This document shows, one piece after another, positions 63,555 through 64,000 of a stretch of 64,000 nt of DNA. Each line of letters starts with the position of its first letter. The first letter of the stretch is position 1. Both the position numbers and the translations under genes were made by a program. The DNA is from an uncultured Gemmatimonadales bacterium (GTDB taxonomy: Bacteria > Gemmatimonadota > Gemmatimonadetes > Gemmatimonadales > GWC2-71-9). The notes beneath the pieces were generated by a model. That model was given only the letters and a program-made list of their open reading frames with translations, was not told where the DNA came from and made no database searches. The DNA is taken from NCBI GenBank assembly GCA_963704805.1, contig CAVPHS010000001.1:741694-805693 (forward strand). The letters are read 5' to 3'.

Positions 63555-64000
63555 GTGGTGGGTGGCGGGCTCGCGGGATGCGAGGCCGCCTGGGCGCTCG
63601 CCGAGCGCGGCCTGACCGTCACGCTGCACGAGATGCGCCCCGTCCGGATGACTCCGGCACATCAGACCGACAACCTCGCCGAGCTGGTCTGCAGCAACAC
63701 CTTCAAATCCGTGGAGCCATCGCACGCGCACGGCCTGCTCAAGGCCGAGATGCGCATGCTCGGCAGCATCGTCCTGCAGGCCGCGGATCAGGCGCGTATT
63801 CCGGGCGGCAGCGCGCTCGCGGTCGATCGTGTCGCGTTCGCGAAAGGTCTCGAGGCGAAAGTATTGTCGCATCCGAACGTCACCCTGGTGCGCGAGGAGG
63901 TCACGGACCTCCCGTCGTCGCCGGGCATCATCGCCACCGGCCCGCTGACGTCGGACACGCTCGCCACGGCAATCGCCAGCCGCCTCGGCGTTCAATCGCT
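63555..64000 (+). CDS. trmFO: tRNA (uracil54-C5)-methyltransferase TrmFO (Gid), 5-prime partial at the window end
   Basis: Not in the ORF track because the window ends before a stop. Hand translation from GTG 63555 gives VVGGGLAGCEAAWALAERGLTVTLHEMRPVRMTPAHQTDNLAELVCSNTFKS.., an FAD-binding GxGxxG with the typical TrmFO continuation. topA-trmFO adjacency is common. The exact start (63555 or 63558) is uncertain. Confidence 0.75.
   Translation, partial: MVGGGLAGCEAAWALAERGLTVTLHEMRPVRMTPAHQTDNLAELVCSNTFKSVEPSHAHGLLKAEMRMLGSIVLQAADQARIPGGSALAVDRVAFAKGLEAKVLSHPNVTLVREEVTDLPSSPGIIATGPLTSDTLATAIASRLGVQS

Noticed and set aside
63378-63995. A 205-aa minus-strand ORF at the window end.
   Set aside because: The plus strand in this region translates into a clear TrmFO N-terminus (GGGLAGCEAAW..). 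The minus-strand ORF is a shadow ORF.

Overview
This is a high-GC bacterial chromosome segment, roughly two-thirds G+C by eye (not computed). The gene content fits an FCB-superphylum or Gemmatimonadota-like organism: GWxTD proteins, an Oar-type TonB receptor, and T9SS parts. The lineage call is inference.

Layout:
1. 0.1-8.3 kb: a secreted-protein module with a 1293-aa cargo carrying a T9SS C-terminal sorting domain, a PorV-like barrel, two GWxTD proteins and an Ig/PPC lipoprotein.
2. 8.3-14.0 kb: housekeeping genes (ctaA, an APC permease, an Oar-like TonB-dependent receptor).
3. 14.1-16.2 kb: a low-GC islet with a single lipoprotein zinc-metalloprotease, flanked by diverged direct copies of the lptG 3-prime end.
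4. 16.2-25.8 kb: lptG-lptF on the minus strand, divergent from a ~2000-aa SprA-like outer-membrane protein that is start/stop-coupled to an M28/glutaminyl-cyclase-like peptidase.
5. 25.9-59.2 kb: a very large type IVa pilus supercluster.
   - It runs from a four-helix-bundle (23S-IVS family) cassette through comEA and pilB-pilT-pilC.
   - Next come an odd repeat/poly-Pro secreted protein, pilS/pilR, and a methyltransferase + GT2 + three GT-C-like membrane proteins.
   - Then come three tandem near-identical pilin genes, a second sigma54 two-component pair, and two sets of minor pilins.
   - It ends with pilMNOPQ and an 866-aa lipoprotein.
6. 59.3-64.0 kb: aroC-aroK, topA and a partial trmFO.

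Non-coding and structural signals read directly from the sequence:
- a ~40-nt REP-like element (hairpin plus a GGGGTGAGG tail) present four times, each time inside a CDS;
- a perfect 28-bp inverted repeat that encloses the lptF stop and the lptG SD and start codon;
- heptamer-repeat arms bracketing the four-helix-bundle gene;
- an 8-bp palindromic tandem array upstream of topA;
- G9 and C8 homopolymer tracts inside pilus genes;
- several clean rho-independent terminators, plus candidate sigma54 and sigma70 promoters.

No rRNA, tRNA, CRISPR array, transposase or integrase was recognised. Many long antisense ORFs in the track are GC-driven shadow ORFs and were not called.
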